Shown: piece after piece, positions 10,433 to 21,128 of the stretch
How the letters are laid out: each line of letters starts with the position of its first letter
Numbering within the stretch: position 1 is the first letter of the stretch
NCBI RefSeq assembly: GCF_036588685.1
Contig: NC_086379.1
Location: 31,124,001-31,188,000, forward strand
Direction: 5' to 3'
Source: Mytilus trossulus
Lineage: Eukaryota
DNA: 64,000 nucleotides
Made by a program: the position numbers and the translations under genes
Notes under the pieces: model-generated
Databases searched by the model: none
Told to the model about the DNA's origin: nothing
Seen by the model: the letters and a program-made list of their open reading frames with translations, nothing else

Positions 10433-10942
10433 TTATAATGAAGTGCTGAAAAAATTGACTAATTCAATCCATAAAAGAAACGCTATATTGTCAAGGGGGA
10501 ATTTTCCGTCTGATACAACCTTGAAGAACTTAACGATGGAATCAGCACAATTGTTTTGATTAATAAGAACAGTAAGAACTGCAGGAGCAAGTGCTATCAA
10601 TTCTTGCAGTTTGTCATTTTTTTGGGGATCCTCTATTTCATGTAACATGTCGTTCTGAAGTTGATCTGCAAACAATCGTATGCATGGTCCTGTTGGTCCT
10701 CTATCGTGACCTTTGCTCAAATCTACTGGCGATTTTGATGACATTTCTTCAGTAATTGGGTGAAACTTAATATTTTTGGCAGGTGATTTTATTTTGATGA
10801 CAAATGAGGATTTGCATTGTTTTGATTTTTTTACGGTTGGCGATTTAGTGGGTGATCTGGTTGGCTGGTCAACATAAGGTTGTATTCGCGACCGTTTCCG
10901 CCTGCACAAGTTAAGGTTTGATTTGCGTCTTGTCGTAACCAT
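10433..10942 (-). pseudogene. Truncated transposon-encoded protein (possible transposase N-terminal part), ~169 aa
   Basis: A splice acceptor (TTTTTTCAG, AG at 10953-10952) precedes the ATG at 10942. Basic N-terminus (RRKRSR) then a helical region ...FPLDNIAFLLW. No catalytic DDE domain visible. Confidence 0.55.
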
Positions 10943-11872
10943 AAGTTTTATCTGAAAAAATAAGAAATTATATCTAGTCACATGTTGAATTACATATGTG
11001 TTAAAAATAGTATATGACGTGTCCCCGACATCCTTCAATATTCGATGTGTTGCCGACATCCTTTTTCCATTTTTAAAAAATAAGACGTTTTTCGACCATA
11101 ATGACGGATAATTGGGAGTAACAAGTATTTTCCCGAGTACAATAAAGAACTCGGACATGTTCATTTGTTGGTTAACGGGGCGGTTCTTGATAATCAAGAT
11201 GTTGTTATGAAAATTTCTGCCGATATCCTGCATGTTTGACCTAATTCCTAAAACTTGTATCGAAGTGTTTGCCAAATTGAGATAACCAATAATATTGAGC
11301 GATGGCTCATTTATTTTCCTACTTTATATAGTCTTTGGTGGACTATTTTGTATAATCATAACTATCATATAACTGGCATAATAAGTAAAATTCTTACCTT
11401 GAAGCGACAAGATGGTGGTCCAATTTCGATCGTCGACACCCTGCGTGATGACGTAGATTCCCCCCCCCCCCCCTTGAACTAAAGAACTGTAAAGTGACAC
11501 TATCCACATTTTTACTCGAGTTTTGTGGTACATCTTATAAGCATTTTGAATACGTTTGATAACATTTTACTGAGGCAAACTTGAGTTTGAGAATGGAAAC
11601 AAGTAGTACAATGGGAAGAGGACTGGCAAATGGATTTTAATCCTGAAAGATGTTATGTAATACATATTTCTAAGAAAAGAAAACCTTCCGCTTTTGGTTA
11701 TATTGCACAATCATGTTTAAGAGTCAGTAAAAGACAGTAAATATTTAGGCGTTACTACAATGTATAAGCCATTATCTTGATTGGGGAACTGGGGAACACA
11801 TATAAACAATATTACCTTTAAGGCAAATAAAACCTATAAAATAAAACTATAGGTTTTCTTCGTAGGAAATTG

Positions 11873-13332
11873 AACCAGATGCTCCACAGGGCGCAGCTTT
11901 ATACGACCGCAGAGGTCTGAACCCTGAACGGTTGGGGCAAATATGGACACAACATTCAAGTCGACACAGCATAGGTTTCTGACACAGAATGAATGTGGTC
12001 TAATGAAACTTAAAAATATTTTCATTGCATTTTAGCAATTCACTATACTGTTGAATACTAATCCTCTCAAAAAAATATTTGAAGAAATTTTCTTTTTATT
12101 TATGAAAACTGAAATGAGAAAAATTGACCCCCCTCTTTTTTCCACATCCCCTGGAGTTTCATACCTGCCAAGCTTTCAAAATGCCCATGGGGGTTTTGCA
12201 TGAAAGATGGCTGCCATACTCCTAAAAAACCTTCAAGGGGGCCTTAAAATACAGTGTAATGTTGTTTTCTTTTGCTTCTTCATACTTTTATAGGCCTCAC
12301 TTCATTTTAAAATTCATTGTTTTGTTAAAATTGTGGACATAATTGCTCTTTAAAAAATTGGGAGCTTCCATGGGGGAAATCCCCTGTAAATAGCGACAGT
12401 TAGCAGTATAGGAGTTTGCAACAATAACTACTCATTTAAATACATCATAACATATTAAAATGTAAAAAATGTTTTTGTAATCACTGAATGGTAAAGATTG
12501 TTTTAATTTATTAGTTGGTAGTAAAAGTGAATATACATTGTATATTTTATTTATAAAACAATGATTTAAGTTGATTCAACTACTATTCTGGATAAACATA
12601 ACTCCAATTTTCAAAGAATATTTAAAAAAAACTGTGGAATTGAAAATTTCTTGCTATTGCCAAATATTGTGCAATTAGATATTTCTTGCTGCACAATACT
12701 GTGCAATTGAAGATTTCTTGCTATTGCACAATAGTGTGCAATTGAAAATTTCTTGCTATTGCACAATACTGTGCAATTGAAGATTTCTTGCTTATACTTA
12801 ATATAATAAATTTTGGACTCCAATTTGGACCAACTTGAAAACTGGGCCCATAATCAAAACTCTTAGTACATGTTTAGATTAAGCATATCAAAGAACCCCA
12901 AGAATTCAATTTTTGGTAAAATCAAGCTAAATTTAGACCAATTTGAAAACAGAACCAAAAATTAAGAATCTGAATACACGGCTAGACTTGGCATATCAAA
13001 GAACCCCAATAATTAATTTTTTGATGAAATGGACCCTAATTCCTTGGGACCAAAACTCCCAAAATCAATCCAAACCTTCCTTTTGTGGTCATATAACTTG
13101 TGTTAAAATTTCATAGATTTCTATTAACTTATACTAAAGTTATTGTGCAAAAAACAAGAAAAATGCTTATTTGGGCCCTTTTAGGCCCCTAATTCCTAAT
13201 CTATTGGGACCAAAACACCCAAAACCAATCCCAACCTTCTTTCTATGGTCATAAACCTTGTGTTTAAATTTCATAGATTTCTATATACTTTTACTTAAGT
13301 TAGAGTGCGAAAACCAAATGTCTTCGAACGAC
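11873..13332 (+). mobile_element. 3'-truncated HINE/Helentron-like element (same family as 14400-16197)
   Basis: Same 5' end (AACCAGATGCT..TTTATACGACCGCAG) and internal repeats as the full copy. Confidence 0.85.
12160..12410. mobile_element. MITE with degenerate TIRs (CATACCTGCCAA / TTAGCAGTATA) and 7-bp TSD GGAGTTT
   Basis: GGAGTTT at 12153-12159 and 12411-12417. A single GGAGTTT occurs at the empty site in the sister element (14751-14757). Confidence 0.75.
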
Positions 13333-14399
13333 TCAGGTTGAACAGGTACAGCGTAAGGCATCCAGGTTTGTCTTTAACGATTATAAAGACCGATCCCCTG
13401 GAGCAGTTACCAACTAAATTAAATCTTAAGAATGGGAAAGTTTAGAAATAAGAAGAATAAAAGATCGATTTTCTATGCTACATAAAATAAACTGGGGGTT
13501 AGTTGAAGTTCCTAAGGACAATTTAACAATATCTGAGACGTACTACGAGGGGGAAACATAAATTTAGGCAAATATCAACAAATAAAGATTTCTATAAATT
13601 TTCATTTTATCCTCGCACTATTTCTGACTGGAATTCACTACCTGAGGCTATAGGTATGTCTGACACCCTGGAATCCTTCAAAAGTTGCATATCCACTCTA
13701 TCACTTGAAGGATCCACAGCAACTTATTAAACTATGAAGCCACTGTACATAATGTATATATGTTATTGTTAACTATTTTTCTTTTGTCATTAATTTTAAA
13801 TTAGTTCATTTGTACATAGCACACAAGTTCCGGCAAGTTTCACACTCCTACCTAGGAGTCTACTCACGTATTCGGAAGAAGAAGAAGAAGAAATCATAAA
13901 TTTTTCAATTTGTAAAGGGGCATAAATTCAGAACAGTAAAAGAGATGCCACCAAAATTTGAAATGAAACTGTGTTTTGTAGTTAATAGCATTGTGCACAA
14001 GTTTTGTGACATTTAATTAAGGCAAACTGAAGATTTAGAACAGAAACAAAAAATTCAGAAATTTTTCCATTTGTAAAGGGGCATAACTCTAGAACGGTAA
14101 AAATAACTTCATCAAAATTAATTTTGATCTGTGATTTGTGGCAATAGGCATAATATCATTGTGCATAAGTTTCATAATATCTGATTGATTCAACAAGTCA
14201 GAAGCGGTAAAAGTGAGGCCACCAAATTTGAATTTCAATCTCTGTTTTGTGGTAATCAACATTATGTATAAATTGGGGGCATTAAAAGTATGGAGGGTCA
14301 AATGTTCTTTAAAAGAATGGCTGTAGAAATCAGGACTTCAGACATGATGTGGGTGAAGGGGTTCCAGTCCAGTAACTCTGGAATATAAAATCAGAAAAT

Positions 14400-16197
14400 A
14401 ACCAGATGCTTCGCAGGGCGTAGCTTTATACGACCGCAGAGGTTGAACCCTGAACAGTTGGGGCAAGTATGGACACAACATTCAAGCTGGATTCAGCTCT
14501 AAATTTGGATTGTGATTAAATAGTTGACACAGCATAGGTTTCTGACACAGAATGAATGTGTTCTAATGAACTTAAAATTTTTGTTTTCTCTTAGAGCAAT
14601 TCACTATGCTGTTCAATATTAATCCTCTCAAAAAAATGTTTGAAGAAATTTTCTATTTATTTATGAAATTTCAAATGAGAAAAATTGAACTTTTTAATCA
14701 CATCCCCCTTTCCCTTATTCCAAAACTAATCTCAATTAAAATATTCTAATGGAGTTTGCAACAATAACTACTCATTTAAATACATCATAAAATATTAAGA
14801 TGTAAAAAAAACTGCTTGTTATCACTGAATGGTAAAGATTATTTAAATTTATCAGTTGGTAGTAAAAAGTGAATATACATTGTATATTGTATATAACAAA
14901 GATTTAAGTTGATTCTGGACAAAGAAAGATAACTCCAATTAAAAAAAATTCTTGCAAGAAGATATTTCTTGCTTACTATTTTGGACAAAGAAAGATAACT
15001 CTAATTAAAAAAAAAATTGCTATTTCACAATATTGTGAAATTAGATATTTCTTGCCATTGCACAATACTGTGCAATTGAAAAGACTTGCTATTCCACAAT
15101 ACTTAATATAATAATTTTAGATCCTGATTTGGACCAACTTGAAAACTGGGCCCATAATCAAAAATCTAAGTACATGTTTAGATTCAGCATATCAAAGAGG
15201 CCCAAGAATTTAATTTTTGTTAAAATCAAACTGAGTTTAATTTTGGACTCTTTGGACCTTAATGTAGGCCAATTTGAAAACGGGACCAAAAATGAAGAAT
15301 CTACATACACAGTTAGATTTGGCATATCAAAGAACCCCATTTATTCAATTTTTGATGAAATCAAAAAAGTTTAATTTTGGACCCCGATTTGGGCCAACTT
15401 GAAAACTGGGCCAATAATAAAAAATCTAAGTTCATTTTTAGATTCAGCATATCAAAGAACCCCAAGGATTCAATTTTTGTTAAAATCAAACTAAGTATAA
15501 TTTTGGACCCTTTGGACCTTAATGTAGACCAATTTGAAAATGGGACCAAAATTTAAGAATCTACATACACAGTTAGATTCGGCATATCAAAGAACCCCAA
15601 TTATTAAATTTTGATGAAATCAAACAAAGTTTAATTTTGGACCCTTTGGGCCCCTTTTTTTCTAAACTGTTGGGACCAAAACTCCCAAAATCAATACCAA
15701 CTTTCCTTTTATGGTCATTAACCTTGTGTTTAAATTTCATAGATTTCTATTTACTTTTACTAACGTTATGGTGCCAAAACCAAGAAAAATGCTTATATGG
15801 GTCCCTTTTTGGCCCCTAATTCCTTAACTGTTGGGACCTAAACTCCCAAAATCAATACCAATCTTCCTTTTGTGGTCATAAACATTATGTTTAAATTTCA
15901 TTGATTTCTATTTACTTAAACTAAAGTTATTGTGCAAAAACCCAGAATAATGCTTATTTGGGCCCTTTTTTGGCCCCTAATTCCTAAACTGTTGGAACCA
16001 AAACTCCCAAAATCAATGCCAACCTTTCTTTTGTGGTCATCAACCTTGTGTTTAAATTTCATAGATTTCTATATACTTTTACTTAAGTTAGAGTGCGAAA
16101 ACTAAAAGTATTCGAACGACGAACTCGACGACGACGACGACAATGTGATAACAATATACGACGAAAATTTTTTCAAAATTTGCGGTCGTATAAAAAA
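14400..16197 (+). mobile_element. Full-length non-autonomous Helentron-associated (HINE/DINE-1-like) element
   Basis: Subterminal inverted repeats TTTATACGACCGCA (14425-14438) / TGCGGTCGTATAAA (16181-16194), 3' hairpin, (GAC)n tract and internal tandem blocks. Confidence 0.8.
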
Positions 16198-16779
16198 TAA
16201 CTGAAAAGGAACTTTTTTCCCTTAATTCCAAAAATAATGTCAAATTTAGGAAATAAATCCAGACATACTGGACATAGTGCATTATATGTGAATAAACAAC
16301 TGTGCCCTGAGTGCATGATATGCCTGTCGTTTAAAAAAAAAAGTTAAATAATTTCTCAATGCCATACCAAAAACTAAAGGGTTGTTATTCTAACAGATAT
16401 AAACCAGTCATCAAAGTTTCATGGGAACTGATCAAAGCACTTTTGAGATGTTGTCTGAAAAATGGAAAATCACCCCCTTTCTTATGAAGTTATTACTTCA
16501 AATTGGGTTGTAACATTTTTCTTTAAATTTTATGGATAATAGACCTCTGGACCTGCAGATCATTGCTGTGGGCTTGGTAAGCCAACCCAAGCCTAAACTT
16601 TTTAACATCTTAAGTCAAACATCTCACATCGATAAAAGATACTATTTGTCTAAAACTGCAAAACTATAACATAAATAAGTGTTTTATAATTTATTGACAT
16701 ATTATCATTTTTAACAATATTTACACAAAAATAAACAATGATGTGCCATAATTAATGAGCATTTAATGACTAGACAATA

Positions 16780-17242
16780 TAATGAAAATTAGGCTTGCAA
16801 CCATGTCAGCTTTACAAGTAATGAAAGTTAGGCTTGTAACCATGGCAACTTGACAAGTAATGAAAGTTAGGCTTGTAACCATGGCAACTTTACAAGTAAT
16901 GAAAGTTAGGCTTGCAACCATGTCAGCTTTACAAGTAATGAAAGTTAGGCTTGTAACCATGGCAACTTTACAAGTAATGAAAATTAGGCTTGAAACCATG
17001 TCAACTTTACAAGTAATGAAAGTTAGGCTTGTAACCATGGCAACTTTACAAGTACTGAAAATTAGGCTTGTGACCATGGCAACTAAATTTGTAATGACAT
17101 CAGTCTTGTAACCATGTCAAATTAGCAAGTAATGAAAATTTTGCGTGTAACCATGGTAACTAAAAAGATAACAGCATCAGGCTTGTAACCATGCCAACTT
17201 TTTATGTAATCCCTTCAACATTAAGCTTGTAAACATGGCAAT
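16780..17242. repeat. 39-bp minisatellite (~8 good plus ~4 degenerate units) carrying GTAACCATGGCAAC
   Basis: Unit AATGAAAGTTAGGCTTGTAACCATGGCAACTTTACAAGT. Confidence 0.92.
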
Positions 17243-18356
17243 TGTTTTAACCTTAAAAATCTTTGTGAAATCAAGGAGAAAAAATCAAGGCCACCTGTTT
17301 CATTTTTTGTTTTTGAATATTTATCCTTGTTTAACAATACTCTTGCTTAAATATTTTTTAAACTTTCCAAAATATTTAACACAATTAAAAAAAAAAATAC
17401 CCCCAAATAAATAATAAACTGACAAATTACATCGTTGAACATGATGATGATAGAAGTTTTTTACGCACTGTTTGACATGAAGCCTTCATTTGCTGAATTT
17501 ATTCCATTGGTATTCTATTTTCAAATATTACATGGTGTATGTTACTTGTAAGTCTTAATGTAAGTACGAACTGTAAAACTTATACATTGCAAAACCTGAA
17601 ATGATTCAGACCCTTTCAATCTGTTAAATTGGTTAACCTTTAAAAATTAACAATCATTCATTCCTTACAGACTACCTATATCAACATCAAATTCCCCCCT
17701 CCCCTTTCAAAATAATTCCCAATAAAATAAACTGCAAAATTAATCTGTAAACAAGTTTAAATGTTACAAAAAATGAGATGCAAACAATGATTAAAGGAGG
17801 CATTTTGACATGTTTCACAGACATGTCATGTTACTGCACCTATCCCATACATTATACATTATCCCCTACCCCCTCTTATTACCATACTGTAGATATGCAA
17901 GTATCATCCTTTTCGTAACTGGTGAGAAAAAAAACATTGTAACTGTAATTCTATCATAATTTGTAAACAGCAGACAAAAACTCAGAGAATTGTTTAAATA
18001 GAATTGTTTTGTTATAAAATTTTGGCCATACTGTTAATAATGCAATTTTTACATACATTTGTTATTTTAATCGATTTGTGAAAGTTGCAAAATTCCTAAA
18101 TCTTTTTAACACTATATTTCTTTCTCTCTGTAATTGTTTCACTATCAAGGTCAAAGTCAAAAGTATTTGATTTATAATACATGTACCATCAATACTTACT
18201 ATCCACGTATACTAAGGGTTAGTTCTTAATATATTGTATTAAGTTAATAAATATCTGAAGGGTTAATGGTATACATAACTTTTGTCAGCATATATTTATA
18301 TATAATTCAGTGTTCTCCCCAAGAGTTTTTTCAGTGCTGTAATAAGCACACAATAT

Positions 18357-18930
18357 TATAGATATAAGAAGATGTGGTATGAGTGCCAATAAGACAACTC
18401 TCCATCCGAGTCACAATTGTAAAAGTAAATCATTATAGTCAAAGGATGGTTTTCAACACAGAGCCTTGGCTCATGCCAAACAGCAAGCTATGAAAGGCCC
18501 AAAAACTGACAGTCTTTAACACAGAGCCTTGGCTCATACCAAACAGCAAGCTATGAAAGGCTCAAAAACTGACGGTCTTTAACAAAGAGCCTTGGCTCAT
18601 ACCAAACAGCAAGCTATGAAAGGCCCAAAAACTGACGGTCTTCAACACAGAGCCTTGGCTCATACCAAACAGCAAGCTATGAAAGGCTCAAAAACTGACG
18701 GTCTTTAACACAGAGCCTTGGCTCATACCAAACAGCAAGCTATGAAAGGCTCAAAAACTGACGGTCTTTAACACAGAGCCTTGGCTCATACCAAACAGCA
18801 AGCTATAAAAGGCCCAAAAACTGACGGTCTTTAACACAGAGCCTTGGCTCATACCAAACAGCAAGCTATGAAAGGCCCTGACATGTGTAAAACCATTCCA
18901 ATGGTCTAAACTAAATAAGAAACGAGAAAC
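18357..18930 (+). mobile_element. TAGATATA(A/G)GAAGATGTGG-family repeat with its internal 63-bp segment amplified ~7 times
   Basis: 5' end matches 48968; CAGCAAGCTAT recurs every 63 bp from 18481 to 18859. Confidence 0.85.
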
Positions 18931-20371
18931 TGACTGATTTAACTTTTCTGTCCCATCATTATTTTATGACTTTAATGAAATGTTGTATATTTTAAATATA
19001 TAAAAAAGAATCCTGTTTTGATACAAACAATTGAAATAATAGAAGTGTGTATAGTTTACAGGTTTGTTAAATTTAATGTTATAGGACTCAACACATTTTT
19101 GTAGAGGTTAATTTGAAAACTTTGCACTCACAAACTGAAATAAGAGTCTGAAGTTTAAGTACTTTTATCTAATTTTATCAATTTGGATACTTAAAATAAA
19201 TTTGGATCTTTGACTTTCTGGCAATAAGTCTTGGCAAAAACATCATTTTGAGGACAATTTTTTTTTATAGCTGGTTCCCCTGAACACCTCACAAGAATGA
19301 GAACAAGGACATTAGAAAACAGAAAGCAAATAGGCAAGGTCAGGACACTCTTGTTAAATGCAGTACATGTAACTGTGGAAATTACAGCACATTCACTGCC
19401 TGGGGAGAACACAGTATTTACACATGAGGTCACACATATGTATTACTTCAGCTGCCTACCAACTACACATTCTGTTATAAATAGTTTTCATCTTGATTGC
19501 AACACACATTTAAATCACACAACACATTCTTTCAACAAAAAATAAAAAAAATCTGCTCTGGATTACAGCTCTCTTTGTCTTGTTCTCTTGATTAGTGTAT
19601 TGTTTAATATAATAACAATTGATGATGAAACTAAAATCTGAGAGACAAAAATTTAGTCCTACCATTAAATGAAGATTTCATTTGTACCAAATGTTTTACA
19701 AAGTTCATATCTCCCCACCCTTTTTCTGAGATATAATTTATGTTGAAAAAGTGATATATTCATTCAAATTTCTGATGTTTACTTTGCATAAACAGTTGTC
19801 TAAAAATTGAAAATAAAATTACAGAAGTATAAAACATACTGTATTCAGAATAAGAGCCTTATAGAATTACTTTTATGACTTCATAGTACATGTACCGGTA
19901 CACAAATTTGTTTAATTTTAGATCAGATTATAATGATTAATTGAATTTGACTCTACCATATCCAACCTAATGGTAAATACAGAATATGTTAAATGTAAAC
20001 AATGTTAATTCAACATTTAGATGCAAACAGTCAAGTTTATTGATTTCATTGTCATAATGTTAAATTCCTAGTCCATTGAATGAATGGAAATGTCAGACAG
20101 CATAGAACGTCAACAGTTAACCCCCAATATATAGATTGTAATTTACTTCTAACATTTGCTGATGAATGAAATCATGAAATCCCAAATATATAAATTGTAC
20201 AATAAATGATGTACTTCTAAATGTCCTGATATTTTTTCTAAATCAACCTTGTATGATACAGATAACATAAATATTGCTCCTTTTCCCGTAATTTTACAAA
20301 TCAATAGTTTTCCCATTATAAAACTCTTTCTTAACAAATAAGAAGAACTGTTTTTATTCATACTTATAACG

Positions 20372-20492
20372 ATCTTACACACATACCTATGTGTCTTACA
20401 TTTACACTCATGTCTTACACACACATTCATATATCTTACACACACACTCCTATATCTTACACACACACTCCTATATCTTACACACTCCTATC
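20372..20492. repeat. ~21-bp minisatellite (TATATCTTACACACACACTCC)
   Basis: Seen directly, ~6 degenerate copies. Confidence 0.85.
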
Positions 20493-21093
20493 ACCTTTTC
20501 ATCAGACACAGACAAACAACTAACAAACACAAGGATCTCCATGTGTGTTGAGAAAAACAACACTGTGAACATAAATACAAGGTTTTTGTGTCTTTGGCAT
20601 AAAATTACTAATTGGAAGCTCATAAAAAACATGATCTTGCAAACAAAAGTGAGAATGGTTGATCTCACTGAGAGGGATCATTATATCAAATAAATGAAAG
20701 AATAACAAATCTCAATGTCACATGACACAGATCATGGCACTCTGTGTTTGTGTTGTCAATAGTAGCACTAATGTTCAATGGTAAACAGCACAATGAATCT
20801 AAAACTCTATCTCCCATTTGCTAAGATACCTAATCAAAATATATTATACTCTAATCTCCACTGCTATTCATCATATAATAATTATTGTCACATTCATTTA
20901 ACTCTCAGTTGAGATTTGTTTATTTTCCTTGAGATTCACACATAATAATACTTGGATAACATCTTTATAGAGTTGCCTCCCCTTGATTATGGCCAATCAA
21001 GCTGACATCTCAGAGTTACGTCCCCTTGATGACAAGGAACCAAGCAGGACTATCACAGATTTAAATGAGGAATTGCACCATTAAAACAAATGT

Positions 21094-21128
21094 TCATACA
21101 GCTGATACTTGTTCTTCTTCATCTTGAT
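21094..21128 (-). CDS. RAPGEF2: RAPGEF2 last coding exon ([11 protein letters not shown]), PDZ-binding motif
   Basis: Acceptor TTTTTTCCAG; matches the vertebrate RAPGEF2/6 C-terminus EQVSAV. Confidence 0.93.

Larger units (their letters stand above)
8816..11476 (-). mobile_element. 2.66-kb DNA transposon with ~445-458-bp terminal inverted repeats and 5-bp TSD (AACTA)
   Basis: 8816-9259 is the reverse complement of 11019-11476. Termini CAAGGGG...CCCCTTG. AACTA at 8811-8815 and 11477-11481. Confidence 0.9.
11600..13892 (+). mobile_element. 5'-truncated CR1/L2-like LINE 3' end with (GAA)n tail, interrupted (pieces 11600-11872 and 13331-13892)
   Basis: Translates to WEEDWQMDFNPERC..KYLGVT..KANKT..GFLRR, then EQVQRKASRFV..FYPRTISDWNSLP. 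(GAA)6 tail at 13875-13892. Confidence 0.85.
8731..14280 (+). mobile_element. Host interspersed repeat (AAAGGGGCATAACT..AGAAC tandem-unit family) split by nested insertions
   Basis: Pieces at ~8731-8815, 11477-11599 and 13893-14280 join collinearly and match the unit at 14075-14105. Confidence 0.6.

Noticed and set aside
10952-11275. N-terminal ~110 aa of the 280-aa ORF, and mirror ORFs 8797-9030 and 11255-11482
   Set aside because: They lie in the TIR or putative intron. The left TIR has indels relative to the right, and a splice acceptor plus ATG at 10951-10942 explains the coding part better.
15640-15980. GGCCCTTTTTTGGCCCC motifs in the HINE as histone stem-loops
   Set aside because: They cannot form the 6-bp stem and lack an upstream ORF and HDE.
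16763-17111. ORFs on both strands with 13-aa repeats
   Set aside because: By-product of a 39-bp (3n) minisatellite.
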